Source: Cyanidioschyzon merolae
Lineage: Eukaryota
Assembly: GCA_000091205.1 (NCBI GenBank)
Contig: AP006500.2
Length of the DNA: 64,000 bases
Reading direction: 5' to 3' (one strand)
How positions within the stretch are numbered: the stretch's first letter is position 1; the number at the start of each line of letters is the position of its first letter. Below the pieces are notes generated by a model, which was not told where the DNA came from, did no database searches, and was given only the letters and a program-made list of their open reading frames with translations. Positions 1-10,940 of the stretch are shown here, piece after piece. Position numbers and translations under genes: made by a program.

Positions 1-330
1 GCGGCGTCGAGACAATGCGGTGTCGCGTTTGGGCCTTGAGATGTAGCGAATGGCTGTTCCCGGATGTCGCTGGGCGATAGCGGTGCTCGCTTTTGCTGGC
101 TCCGCAAGGCATCCAGCTGCACTGCCATCCGCGAGAGATGTTCGCGGAGGACCTCGTTTTCCTGATGGGCGGCATCTAACTCCGCAAGAATGCGGGTAGC
201 ACCTGCTGGACTGCCCAAGGCCTCTGAAAGATCCGAAATCTGTGATTCCGATGCAGGCTCGGTTGGGGTATCCCTTGGTTTTGCTGGACGCCTCCTGCGG
301 ATGCCCCGCAGACGGCTGCCAGCGGCGAAG
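1..330 (-). CDS. Partial ORF running off the window start with no Met or stop inside the window. It encodes a low-complexity, coiled-coil-like segment '...RRRRPAKPRDTPTEPASESQISDLSEALGSPAGATRILAELDAAHQENEVLREHLSRMAVQLDALRSQQKRAPLSPSDIREQP...'. Product unknown.
   Basis: Manual reverse-complement translation of 1..330 gives an uninterrupted reading frame with protein-like composition. It is absent from the supplied Met-start ORF track. Confidence 0.2.
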
Positions 331-3300
331 CGGTGATGTGGCGGCATGCGCGGCCTCCGACGCTGCTCCACTGGGGCAGAACCCGGAAGGCCCCCGCTGA
401 TGGACTCCACTGCACGATGCAAGAGACCCCAAATGGGGCTCGAGGCATCTCTACCGATGAACGCTTGTGATGATATACTGAACGGCGATCTCGATAACTG
501 TTCTGAGCGGTCGTGTGGTACGAATCCAACACGACGCAGTCGTGACGCTATAATGCCATCATCTTTCGCGCGTCGGCGCCACACGGGCGCAGCAGCCGGA
601 CTTGTGAGTGGTATAAAAGAGGGTCCCAGCTGCTTAACAGGCGAGTGCGATGGGGAAGCGCTTCTCCTGGGCGTTTCATCAATCTGCATTCCGATTGTTG
701 ATGTACCAGGGATGCTACCGTCCGCTGGGATTGGTTCGTGCTCCAGATTCGGGTGCATCTGGGGGTTTCTGCTGAGCTTCTCGTGGGAGGCGTCAGTGCA
801 TCGCGTGTGCGGATGCAATAGAGGTCGTGTAGGCGCGGTAGACGTTTCGTCTGTGAACGCGCTGGGGTCCTCAAGCAGCCCACCGGCAAGCAAATTCACT
901 GTGGCATCATCGTTCGAGCGGTATTTCGACCGTTGGCCGGATGGACTCGGGCGTGAACTGAGCACCCCATGCTGGGTGAGGTCCTGTTCGAAGGCCCGTC
1001 TTTGAGACGTCGTTTGTCGATTGGGTTGCGGTGACGCTGCAGCGTTACAGGGTGAAGTTCGGTGCTTTGCTCGCTCCGTCTGCGACAAGCCTTGGCTGCC
1101 ACCAGTTAGGATTCGAGGCGCCTGACAAGGCACTGTGGTGGCCGCGAAACCTTCTCGGGAGGCGCTTTCAGCTTGGTCACATCCGCGTTCATCGCCACAG
1201 CGCTTTGGCACCCCGCCCAAGTGTTGCGACGCCAAGACTGTGGCCCGCCGATCTCGGTACGTTGGTGCTTGCAGCGGTGTCATGGCCGAAAGAGCCGGCG
1301 ACGCCTGGCTCCGCACACTGCCATTGTTCTGAGATATTCCTACGTCTGCTGTGGGCAGACGCTCTGCATCCCGTCGCGGTGTTCTGTCTGAAACGAACAC
1401 ATCGTCTTCTTTGGGAATTCGCTCTGCTTGTTCAACCGCCCGTTGCCAAGATGCTGCCCTTGGAGCGCTAAGGCGCTCAGCAAGCCCTGCACCAGCACTG
1501 CGTTGCGTAGCTTGGTTTCCAAGATGCTGTATAGATGGGGCTTGCTTCTTTGGGCTCAAGGCGGTGCTTCCTTTGGGAACCCCGCCATCCTTCAACTTTT
1601 TGAAGCTCCAGAAATAGTTGAAATCACTTAGTCCGGAACGATGGGGGGCTCGTGCATTTCGAGAGGGCGTACCCGGAGAGATGTTCGTGCAGGGCGACTG
1701 CACCTGAATCGCAGCAGGTGCCGCTGTTCCTGGGGAGCTCGTGTGCCGCAGCATCTGCACAGACTCCTCATCGGTCGTAGAATATGTTCTGATTCGTCTC
1801 TCGGTGACTAGCTTTTGCAGGACACGGTGTCGGGGGGACTGTCTTCCACTGAAAGCGTCTTCAGAGGAAGCAGCTTCGGGTAAAGGCGCGATAGGTATGG
1901 CGTCGTCACGGAGTTCGCCCTGTAGCACGGCACGAGGAACAAATTTTCTTTTCTTACGGGTCATTTGATCACCTCGAGGTGTTGCAGAACCGATAACGCC
2001 ACTATGGGTTTTGGATAGGGATGGCGTCAGCGGCTTGGCGTCAAAGCTCTCTGTGTGACGTCCATAGCGCTCCGCGTCGCTTTCCTGGGTGGGCAGCAGC
2101 CCCGTCTGCATTGCTGGTTCGCGAGCCTTTGCATACAGTTCGTGCTCGGCGTCAACTGCACTATCAGTTGAACCGTTAAACTGGGTGTCAACACGCCCTT
2201 TTTGAATCGCACTGTTTCTGCGCATGTATTCGCCAGGAGCCAGTTGGGGTTCGGTGTTAGATCGCACGCTCCGGAGTCGCGCAGGTTGTGAGCAGTTCCA
2301 CGCTTCGTTCTGAACAGACTGCGTAGCTTCTCGAGGACGTACGCCCGGGTCCGCTTCTTTCAAGTTAAAAGGATTCGCATCTTCGCTACTGTTCTCCCAC
2401 GGGGCGACACCCGCCTCCCGCCGTGGCAGACCCGGCGACCAGAGGCTCGCGAGCCAGACAACACCGCACCAACCTAACCATGTTCCCAACATAGAGAACG
2501 TGCCTCGAACCAGATTCTCCTTGAGTTGTCCTTCGCAGCAGGTCACTTGCGCTGCTTATCCCGACACGAAGTGCAGTATCGCGTAGCAACGGCTGGGAAG
2601 CACTCGCTATCGTGCTGGGGTTTCGCGCGTGGCGGGAACGCAGCATCGCAGCATTGCGGGAAATCTGACAGCTTAGTTTCGATTTCTAGAGAGCCATGTT
2701 AGAAAAAATGGGTCAGGTTTGCGCAGCGAACAGGAGCGTCCGCCTTACAGCTCGAGCGTCTCCTGAAGATCCTCAATGCCAGCCTTTTGCAGGCTTTTTC
2801 TGTCAACAGCTTCCTTTTTGTCTCTCTTATCTGGAGTCTGAAATACGCCGGTCTCTGTTTTCCCTTCTGCGGCGTTGCCAGCCTTTAAAGGACACGGATG
2901 GCAGCGGTACACCACCGATTTCGCTGCTTCCGGTCGTTGTCGACGAATTTCAAGTATAAGCGGTAGTTATGGTCTACATTTCGCATGTCATATTCATCTT
3001 CATTGTGTACAACCTTGTTGTGGCCTTGCCAGCCGTGACGCATGACAGTGTTCAGATCTTGCCATATGTCTACAATTAGTCCTCCTTCGCCTCCCTGAGG
3101 CGCCATGTGCCGCATGAAGGAAGGCTTTATCGCCCCGCACATGTCCTTGACGGGCACAGGAGGCTCGCGTTGGTGTCATGTTTCCTTGCAATCGCCGGTG
3201 AGGTACCCTGGGAGCACAAGTTTCTTCTGAGCAATCCACTCGGTAAGTACGCTGTCCGTTGCAAAAACAAGCGCATGTTGCTCCATTTAGTAGAGGATTT

Positions 3301-5174
3301 GTAGAACGCGATGCCGTAGATGATGAGTCATGATCTGTACGGGATACCAAGTCTGGAGATCAAGTGAAAAAATATGGATCCATCTACGCTGCCTTCGTGC
3401 GAATTCGTAACGTGCACTCCATTCGAAGCGAATACCGTGACGCCGCATGTCCGAGCCCATTGCTCTGTTCCATCGAAACAGAAGAGACGGGAATATCTGG
3501 GAGCATATCCCGTGAAAGATATCACGTTGGCATTGAACAAAGTCTCGTCGGTGGTCGGAAAGAGAGGAGGAATTTTCTTTCGAGCGTGATCGATCATTTG
3601 ATCTCAGAAGCTAAGTAGACTTTCGGCATGAGACTGTCAACAAGTAGCGAACGGTAGACGCCGGATTGGCGTCCTCGTCAATCCAGCGGTGCATATTGCT
3701 GCTCCTAAGATTTTCGTTGAAACAGCAAGATCGAGAACTTTAGGCTTACGTGATCCAAACAAGATACACGTCAACAAAGAAGAATCATGGAAGCTACTAG
3801 ATATGACTTGAATGACGATATCGGTCATTTTACGAACCGTTGTTCGAGGGCATTGCGAATCATTTCGACGCCCGCGACGTGACTAATCCTAGCGGCAAAG
3901 AGTCGAACGACACGATCTGGAAAGAGGACAGAAAATCCTCAAACTACGTAGCAACCCGTCGTCCGTTATTGCTATACTTCGAATGTAGAGGCTGTGCATC
4001 TAAAAAAATTTGGAACAAATCGCAGGGCAGTTCCAGTTTGAACGCTAAAGTGTTCCATTCTAATCTGACAAGGACGTAGAGCGCAGTCGGAGCATGGGAC
4101 ACTCGCGAATCGATCCAGTGCCGGCACCCGGTGCTGTGACAAAACGCGGCCATCAATGGTTGCGGCGCCCTTCATATATCCACGGCAGGTGGAAAATGCA
4201 TCGCAGAGCTAGGCGCAGATCGGCGCATATTTCGGAATGTACTCGACGACCTGCGAGTAAATCGCCTCGCGAAAGCTCCGGCAATGACAAGTCGCGATGG
4301 ATTCGCCAATAGACAGACGTCTCTGAATGAAGCCGCATGCGCGCTCAGCGCGGCAGGGTCCTGCGAATCAAGCGCAGATGCTTGCGGAGAGCTCGCTGCA
4401 CACCTATAATCGCGGATTGCCGGCTCCAGTACGTGCTCTTTCTGTATTCGAGGGCGGACGCCATCACCGCACCTCACCAGCGCCTGGAACCGACCCGATA
4501 CACTGGCACCGGTCCCGTGTCCGGCATCGGCTACCTCGAGCCGCTATCCGCGACGCAGTCTTTCGAAACTGATCAGGCTGCGAACGAGATGAGCGCGTCT
4601 TTGTAGCCTGAACCCGCTGCGTACGTGTTCCATGGATTCCGCACTGCTGGAGGATTGCATCCGAGCTGTTGGCAAAGTCGATAGCGAGTCGGGACTGTCC
4701 AAAAGAAACAAAAGAGGTCAGAGCTGGTATTGAAAAGCTGGCAGAGCAGACAGCCGGCCCCGTGCGACCGACGCCTTGGCCTCTACCTACTAGAAGATTG
4801 TCCTGATATTGCCTCCCGGGGCGACGTTGTGCACGGATACGTCTATTCTGCACGATCCCGAGAGCGCTTTGGTGCACTGCCCGATTCCCGCTCGTACATG
4901 CAACAGGGCAGGTCCAAAGCTTGACATTTTTGGATCAGAACAACAGACGCATCGGTGGCGCTCTGTGCATGCGCCACGTGACACCGAAACCTGGACGTCC
5001 AGATGCACTGCTGCACGAAATCGACGTGCGATCGAACGACCTGGGTATCGTTCGAACAATCGAAGCTGGTAACGTAGTTGCACTCAACGGTATGCTGGAC
5101 GTGGTGCAGTAGAGAACATGTTGACGAGAGTTTTATGTAACGAGCGGAATTGCCTTTAAAAGAAAAGGTTTCGT

Positions 5175-7643
5175 TTGCCGCTGACAGCGGAGTTTCTTCG
5201 CATCCTTTTCTACGCTACCCCAGCAAACGACAACTGCACTTCCACGTCGCGCCGTGAGGACGACTCCGCCGAACCGAGTACGTGCACGGGCGCGCACACT
5301 GAATCAGTCGCGATGGGCACTGATACCAATAGCGAGGATTCGGCGAAGCGGTTCCGGAGAGTACGGAGAGGTTCGGCTACTTTTGTCGAGCTGAACCTCG
5401 AGGATCTTCTAGAAGATCCCGGAGAACTTGTCTGCGATGAAGCCGGTTGTCCAGAAGAAGTCCTGTCAGAGCTTCAGACAGGATCTGAGGAGAATCTGGC
5501 TGATGACGTTGGCGAAACGCAAGAAAGCCCACAAGTTGGAGCTGAAGAGGAAAAGCGAAAGAGCACTGGTAGCCAGGGGTCTCGCACTTCGACGGATTCG
5601 GCTGCACTCCGCACAAGCAAGTCTGGCGAGATATCCTCAATGTCCACACAGGATGACTTGAGTACCAAACAGAGTGCCACATCGGCCCGCGGCTTGCGCG
5701 GATTGCCTCCTGCTAGTGGCAGATCAACTCCTTCACCACGGAATCAGAATGGAGTTCGCATCAGTCAGAGTCACGACGATCTCGCAACGAATAGCAGTCG
5801 TGGCGGATCGGGATGGCTTCTCAATGTCAACCGTGCGTCGCGCAACTCTGCGGACAGAGAACGCAGCTCGCATCCGATTACGGAGGCAGTTCGAAGCAAG
5901 TCAGGAGATAACCGTTTCGCGGATATTTTCCAACTGCCGCATACCCAGCGACTGGTTGATCACTTTAGCTGCGGTCTTCAGAAAGCAATCATTCTGCAGG
6001 GAACGCTTTATCTTTTCAAGGACTATGTATGTTTTCGAAGTATTGTCTTAGCGGGAACAAAAATTGTAATGCCTATTCGCGACATTGTTCGAATTCAGCG
6101 CGAACGCAATCTTCTTATAGACAATGCGATTCGTTTCACGTTGCAAGACGGGAGCAGTTATTTGTTCGTCTCTTTCTTGTTTCCGGCTCGCGTGTATCGC
6201 GAATTCAAAGAGAGCGGTTTGTTTGCTCCGGAGGTCTTTGAAGATCGTCCCGAGGCAGAGCGCAAGCCCATGACACGCTCTCCACGGGACCAACGCAGCA
6301 AGGATTCTGCGACCTCTGGATCCGCCTCTCCAGGAGATCAGCAGTCGGAATCCAAGTCTGGAAACAGCATCACAGATGAGGAGGATGAAGGCAGCGAAGA
6401 CGACGAGGAATACGCGCATTCCGTGGAACAGAGCATGGTGATTCGTCTGTTCGCGATCGGTAACTTGCCATACTACCCACACGGAAAGAAGCACCTGCTC
6501 CAGAGTGACCAGTCAGAAATGACCAAGGTTTGTTCCGTAACCTTGCCTTGCAACAATGCGCGTCTTTTCAGAGCCTTTTTCTTGGATTTGAAAGAAGAAG
6601 AGGCGCTGCATCAAAGTATCGGCTTGAACCAGATTAATGGCACCAATAGTGAATCAAAAGCAAACGGCACCAACAGCAAGTCTGAAATCCCAACCAAAGC
6701 CAAGGCCTCGGATTCTGGCCCCGGTAATGCTGCTTCCAGTGAAAGCCGTAGCTCAGAGTCAGACGCACTGGTCTTTAGTGCGAGGAATAATTTTTTGGCG
6801 TTTCAGGCGAAACTTGGGCATCAAGACATGCAGCTCGGCGAATGGCATTTGGATCCTGATCTAGGTTTCGTGCGCGAATTCCGATACCGGAAGCCGCTGG
6901 AGCCTGCGCCAATGAGCCCGAAAGAAACCTGGATGACGGAGCATATGCTATTCTATGTTTCCAAGCAGGAACGTGAGAAACTGCAAACCATTTATCTGGA
7001 AATCAAGGGCACTAGCCACGACGTGCCATTCGGTGACTCTTTTGTAGCCGAGCAGCTCTATGTGTTCCGGCCGGCATCCGAGAATGGACGATTTGAGTGT
7101 GAGTTAGAGATTTACGGTGGAGTTCATTTTTCGCGTTGGAATATGGTTGCCGGTACCATACGGAAACGCACCATTGCTGGTGTCGAACATACTGCCAACG
7201 TGTTCGTTCAAATGGCTCGCGAACTCTGCACAACTTCATTATGTCGCCGCGTGCGAGACCTAGATGCAGCGCGCTACCGGAAGGAAATTGGTGCGTCCGC
7301 CAAGGTGCTGGAAAAAGCAGATACGGCTCGCGAAGAAACCACGGAAGATACCTCGCCAACGGCTTCGGCGGAAATCAAGCCCGAATCTATTTCATTGGAA
7401 TCGCTGCCGCTGCCGACGCGCTACATGCTTCTGCCGTTTTACCGCATCGCACTGGTGGCGACGTCGGCAACTTGCTGGGATGCAACGCTTCTGTCTGCAT
7501 TTTTGATTCTCTGCATAACGCTGCTAACCTTGGTTGTTTTCCGTCTGTACTTGAATAACCAACAGATGACTGTAGAGCTTCGCCATGCCGAAGAACAGGT
7601 CCAGTTTTTACGGAGTCTTCTTAAGAATCATCTTGGCCCATAG
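5175..7643 (+). CDS. GRAM-domain plus VASt-domain membrane protein (LAM/Aster/GRAMD1-like sterol/lipid-transfer family). The true start may be an internal Met.
   Basis: 822-aa ORF. GRAM-like block: 'FADIFQLPHTQRLVDHFSCGLQKAIILQGTLYLFKDYVCFRSIV...KIVMPIRDIVRIQRE'. VASt-like block: 'LGEWHLDPDLGFVREFRYRKPLE...TIYLEIKGTSHDVPFGDSFVAEQLYVFRP...GGVHFSRWNMVAGTIRKRTIAGVEH'. C-terminal hydrophobic anchor: 'LLSAFLILCITLLTLVVF'. N-terminal low-complexity Ser/Asp-rich region. Confidence 0.6.
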   Translation: MPLTAEFLRILFYATPANDNCTSTSRREDDSAEPSTCTGAHTESVAMGTDTNSEDSAKRFRRVRRGSATFVELNLEDLLEDPGELVCDEAGCPEEVLSELQTGSEENLADDVGETQESPQVGAEEEKRKSTGSQGSRTSTDSAALRTSKSGEISSMSTQDDLSTKQSATSARGLRGLPPASGRSTPSPRNQNGVRISQSHDDLATNSSRGGSGWLLNVNRASRNSADRERSSHPITEAVRSKSGDNRFADIFQLPHTQRLVDHFSCGLQKAIILQGTLYLFKDYVCFRSIVLAGTKIVMPIRDIVRIQRERNLLIDNAIRFTLQDGSSYLFVSFLFPARVYREFKESGLFAPEVFEDRPEAERKPMTRSPRDQRSKDSATSGSASPGDQQSESKSGNSITDEEDEGSEDDEEYAHSVEQSMVIRLFAIGNLPYYPHGKKHLLQSDQSEMTKVCSVTLPCNNARLFRAFFLDLKEEEALHQSIGLNQINGTNSESKANGTNSKSEIPTKAKASDSGPGNAASSESRSSESDALVFSARNNFLAFQAKLGHQDMQLGEWHLDPDLGFVREFRYRKPLEPAPMSPKETWMTEHMLFYVSKQEREKLQTIYLEIKGTSHDVPFGDSFVAEQLYVFRPASENGRFECELEIYGGVHFSRWNMVAGTIRKRTIAGVEHTANVFVQMARELCTTSLCRRVRDLDAARYRKEIGASAKVLEKADTAREETTEDTSPTASAEIKPESISLESLPLPTRYMLLPFYRIALVATSATCWDATLLSAFLILCITLLTLVVFRLYLNNQQMTVELRHAEEQVQFLRSLLKNHLGP

Positions 7644-8117
7644 TCTGACGTCGGCAGAATCCGGAACGTCTCCAGAACGCGCCACTGGTACCCGTGGCGA
7701 CAACAGCGGCAGAGCAGGTGCGCTCTTGTGCAGACTGTTCAGTACCGCGGTCGCGATGCTACCGCTGGCGCTAGCCACAGGGTACCCATGTTCATTGAAT
7801 GGAATGAGGGCTTGCGGGCAGTCCTGGCGCCAACTGCCTGCAATCCGCAATGTCGGCTTCGTGCGCACGTATGTCACTTCATGTGCACGGCACGCATGCG
7901 GCCTATCGGCAGACGCGCGTTCTCTGTAGCGGCTCGCTGCCTCCGAAATCTAAAGCCCATGTTTTAGTTTACCTCAAATGATACATAGCTGTCGAGAATG
8001 CTGCGTACCGGAAACATCCAAGTACCTGGAGCGAAAGTCACGGAGCACGTCTTGCATCCCAGTGGCAACCTGGAAGCGTCAACTCCCAGGGGAAAAACCA
8101 CCACACGGGGCACACAC

Positions 8118-8353
8118 CATCACCGCCTTTCGAAAGTCGAACGGCAGCAGTGTACAGTAGTGGCGGCAACCGCGCCCTAGACGAAACGTCTCCAACCGAC
8201 GTGCAGACGCCTCCCGGTTTTTCTCGACCGAGCACCCACTACTGCTTCCAACTTCTTTTCATATAGTTCCACTTTGAAAGGTTATCCAATAAAGTTCTCT
8301 CTTGTCGACTCTGGAGGTCTCTTCTCCAGCACCGCACATTTCCTTATATTGAT
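8118..8353 (-). ncRNA. Candidate omegaRNA scaffold / right-end module of the Fanzor element. It overlaps the last ~23 codons of the nuclease ORF and ~165 bp downstream.
   Basis: A ~235-bp block conserved at roughly 85-90% by eye with 22601..22837; its core is conserved again at 28636..28674. It contains short perfect hairpins (ttcga-aag-tcgaa at 8129..8141; gacg-aaa-cgtc near 8181..8191). Its position relative to the ORF matches the TnpB/Fanzor omegaRNA architecture. Homology stops sharply at 8118 in both copies, as expected for an element end followed by the guide. Confidence 0.45.
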
Positions 8354-10540
8354 AGCGGCATTAAAGTCTCGGTTCACGAATTCCATCCGTTTCTTGCTAT
8401 CACTTGTTGTACTAACCAATGCAAGTAGCCCTCGCACTTTTGCCCTCCTCTCCATTTGCTCCTCCGTCAGCGGTCCGTACTTTGCTATTTCCTCAGGATT
8501 CCGCTGGCACTTTTCCATCCCGACCCTTCGAAGTGTACACCCCAGCTCGTGGTGTGTATAGGACGTTCGGAACTCATCCACAGGTATCGTAAAGAGACGC
8601 CTTGCGCACTCTTTGTACGCTCTCGTCGTTGGAGCTGGCGTAGTTCCTTTTAGGGTCTTCCATCGCCCTGCACCGTACGCTACTACGAGCCTCTGATTTT
8701 CATTCTCCTTGAGCGCGCTCAACTGATTGAAAAAGTTGGCGAACGCCCGCTGCCTCCCACCGTATAGATGCATACACAGACGAGCCCACCGGGGCTTGGT
8801 ATACTCCTCCCACAGCGCATCCCAATGGGCAACACGAACTCCCATGGATTTCCGGAAAGCTTCAAAGTCGGCTCCTCGGCTCGTCACCTCGCTCAACGCT
8901 TCCAGGTGATCCTTCATTCCTGAATTCCAAGTCTCGATTTCCTTCCTCGCATTCATGATTGCCGATTCTCGATAGTATCTCGCTCTCGAGAATCTCAACA
9001 GACGCATATCTTTCTGACGTAAGTTGCCGTCAGTACCATCTTCCGCACGCTTCGGTGCTGCGACGGCTATAATATTCGTATTTCCAGGGTCCGCGCCAAC
9101 GATAAAGTCGTTATCCTGCACTTTCTGCTTCTCAGAGCCCGCCTTGTTGTTTTCTTCATGCTTCGTCGCGTCTACGACAAGGTCGTTATCCTGCACTTTC
9201 TGTGTGGCAGGATCCGCATCCTTCTCATCTCCATGCTTCGTCACGTCAACGATAAAGTCGTTATCCTCCACCTCCTGCGTCGCAGGACCCGCCCCTTTGT
9301 TTTCTTCATGCTTCGCCGCGTCAACGATAAGGTCGTTGTCCTGCACCTCCTGCATCACAGGATCCGCCTCCTTGTTTTCTTCATGCTTCGTCACGAGCGC
9401 AGCCAAGGGCGGAACTGGACGATCTTTCTTCAACCGCCAATAGCGTATACACAAGGCTACTCCATCGGTTTCGATCAACCCAATGAATACCTTCTTCTTG
9501 CTCACTTTGAGACGTTTGAAATCGAAGATGCTCATCCAGTACGTCTCCCGGTTTTCGCCGGTGAAGTCCTCCCTGCTAAAATCGAACTCGGGACTGATCT
9601 CCCTCATGACGCCATGAAGGATTCTGGAGTCGATAGTCACAAAATGTGACTTGATGTTGCCCAACGGAACCACGTTGAAGCGCTTCCCCATTAGGAAAGC
9701 CTTCCGTCTCTCCCACTCTTCATTTGTCTCTTCACTCAGCATCACCTCTGCCTTGCGTTCGATGTCACGATCCAGAAACACGAAATACCGCAGGACGAGG
9801 CGATAGTATCTTTCCTTCTCTTTTTTCAACGCTAATATCTTGTCTGTTGGATTCACCAGCCCCAGTCCCGCACGATCCTCTTGTATAACCGCACGGATCG
9901 TAGAGGCTTCATTGGTGCTCACCTTTGACGTCGTCTTGTCGACAAATTCGACCTCATCTTCACGCTTGCGATCTTTCATGATGCCATTGATAATCGCCCA
10001 TTTCCCATTGCGAGAGATGCCCGAGTAGAGTGCAATCACAGCGCGTCTCATGAAACGTTCGAGGTTCACTGTCAAATGGTTCTTCAGATTCGTGATGTAC
10101 TTCATGGGCCTATATGTGTAAATATCCCGGTCACCCTTGTATCGAGTACCATTGAGGCTGTAAAAGGGATGTTTTTCGTGGAAGACATCCACCCGCTCAT
10201 TTTCCTCCCGCGCTTCCTCTGTACCAAGCGTCAGCTGACGAATAAAAATCTTGTCGAAAAACACGTGTGGAATCTCGACCGTTTCGATGGGCGTCACGTC
10301 GCGATACATCTCCCTCTCCAAATGCATCAGTCCTGACGACGCCTTGAAAATACTCTTGGAGTACGAGTCCACACGTTTTTTGATAGCGTCTCGCAACTTT
10401 TCCTTGTAGGGATCCTTGATATGTCCAAGAAGAAAGGTTTTCACAACCATCTCGTCGTACAGTTGTCTTTCTTGCCGCCTTCGACGTAGGGTATCCCCCT
10501 TTCGGTTCTTCTTCTCTTCCTTTTCTTCTGGACTAGACAC
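8282..10540 (-). CDS. Fanzor (eukaryotic TnpB-like, RuvC-fold RNA-guided endonuclease; OMEGA effector), Fanzor1-like. It has a long N-terminal extension and an internal acidic tandem-repeat insertion.
   Basis: 752-aa ORF. RuvC-I: '[18 protein letters not shown]'. RuvC-II: '[18 protein letters not shown]'. RuvC-III: '[18 protein letters not shown]', which matches the DxNAAxNI signature of TnpB/Fanzor. Spacing is I-to-II ~170 aa and II-to-III ~70 aa. The region between II and III has only 2 Cys (non-canonical zinc finger). It is embedded among eukaryotic housekeeping genes. Confidence 0.75.
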   Translation of the reverse strand: MSSPEEKEEKKNRKGDTLRRRRQERQLYDEMVVKTFLLGHIKDPYKEKLRDAIKKRVDSYSKSIFKASSGLMHLEREMYRDVTPIETVEIPHVFFDKIFIRQLTLGTEEAREENERVDVFHEKHPFYSLNGTRYKGDRDIYTYRPMKYITNLKNHLTVNLERFMRRAVIALYSGISRNGKWAIINGIMKDRKREDEVEFVDKTTSKVSTNEASTIRAVIQEDRAGLGLVNPTDKILALKKEKERYYRLVLRYFVFLDRDIERKAEVMLSEETNEEWERRKAFLMGKRFNVVPLGNIKSHFVTIDSRILHGVMREISPEFDFSREDFTGENRETYWMSIFDFKRLKVSKKKVFIGLIETDGVALCIRYWRLKKDRPVPPLAALVTKHEENKEADPVMQEVQDNDLIVDAAKHEENKGAGPATQEVEDNDFIVDVTKHGDEKDADPATQKVQDNDLVVDATKHEENNKAGSEKQKVQDNDFIVGADPGNTNIIAVAAPKRAEDGTDGNLRQKDMRLLRFSRARYYRESAIMNARKEIETWNSGMKDHLEALSEVTSRGADFEAFRKSMGVRVAHWDALWEEYTKPRWARLCMHLYGGRQRAFANFFNQLSALKENENQRLVVAYGAGRWKTLKGTTPAPTTRAYKECARRLFTIPVDEFRTSYTHHELGCTLRRVGMEKCQRNPEEIAKYGPLTEEQMERRAKVRGLLALVSTTSDSKKRMEFVNRDFNAAINIRKCAVLEKRPPESTRENFIG
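9098..9396. repeat. Coding tandem repeat of 4 x ~75 bp inside the Fanzor ORF.
   Basis: Units begin 'acgataaagtcgttatcctgcac...'. They encode ~25-aa acidic repeats '[26 protein letters not shown] / [24 protein letters not shown] / [26 protein letters not shown] / [19 protein letters not shown]'. The last unit runs into the RuvC-I motif. Confidence 0.8.
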
Positions 10541-10760
10541 TGTTTTTTGTTTTTTCTGGCAGCCAGCGACACTGGGCCTCCAGGATCGTCGATTTGCTTT
10601 TTCATAACTTTCCTTTTTTTAGTTTTTTTGGAAAAGAACGCTCCCTCAACGCCTCTGATATAAACAGCGAAAGAAAACTTGAAAAAACTAAACTGAGGGT
10701 TGAAATATAACTGAACTGAAAAGTATACTCTGCTGTGACTTTAACGCAAATACAACGTGC
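10541..10760 (-). promoter_or_regulatory. AT-rich 5' flank, the putative promoter/5'UTR of the Fanzor ORF.
   Basis: The local AT content is much higher than the surrounding GC-rich sequence (poly-T/A runs and TATA-like 'ttatattt' on the sense strand). It lies immediately upstream of the ATG at 10540. Confidence 0.3.
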
Positions 10761-10940
10761 ACTTGAGAGCAACACGCTCAAGATCGCGATCCCGTTTCCC
10801 TTCAACAACGACATGCGCGTCGTATTTCATGCCTCCCAGATATGGAGGTGCGCGTATCGACCGCGATGCCCCCTGGCACTCGGACGTGAACTCCAAATAC
10901 CCTCAATAGAAGCATTAGCAGCAGGCTGCCGGGCACGCAT

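Noticed and set aside
8282-10540. Bacterial IS200/IS605 tnpB (contamination or HGT of a prokaryotic IS).
   Set aside because: The ORF is 752 aa with a long N-terminal extension (Fanzor1-like), no tnpA is adjacent, the codon usage and GC content match the host genes, and all neighbours are eukaryotic.
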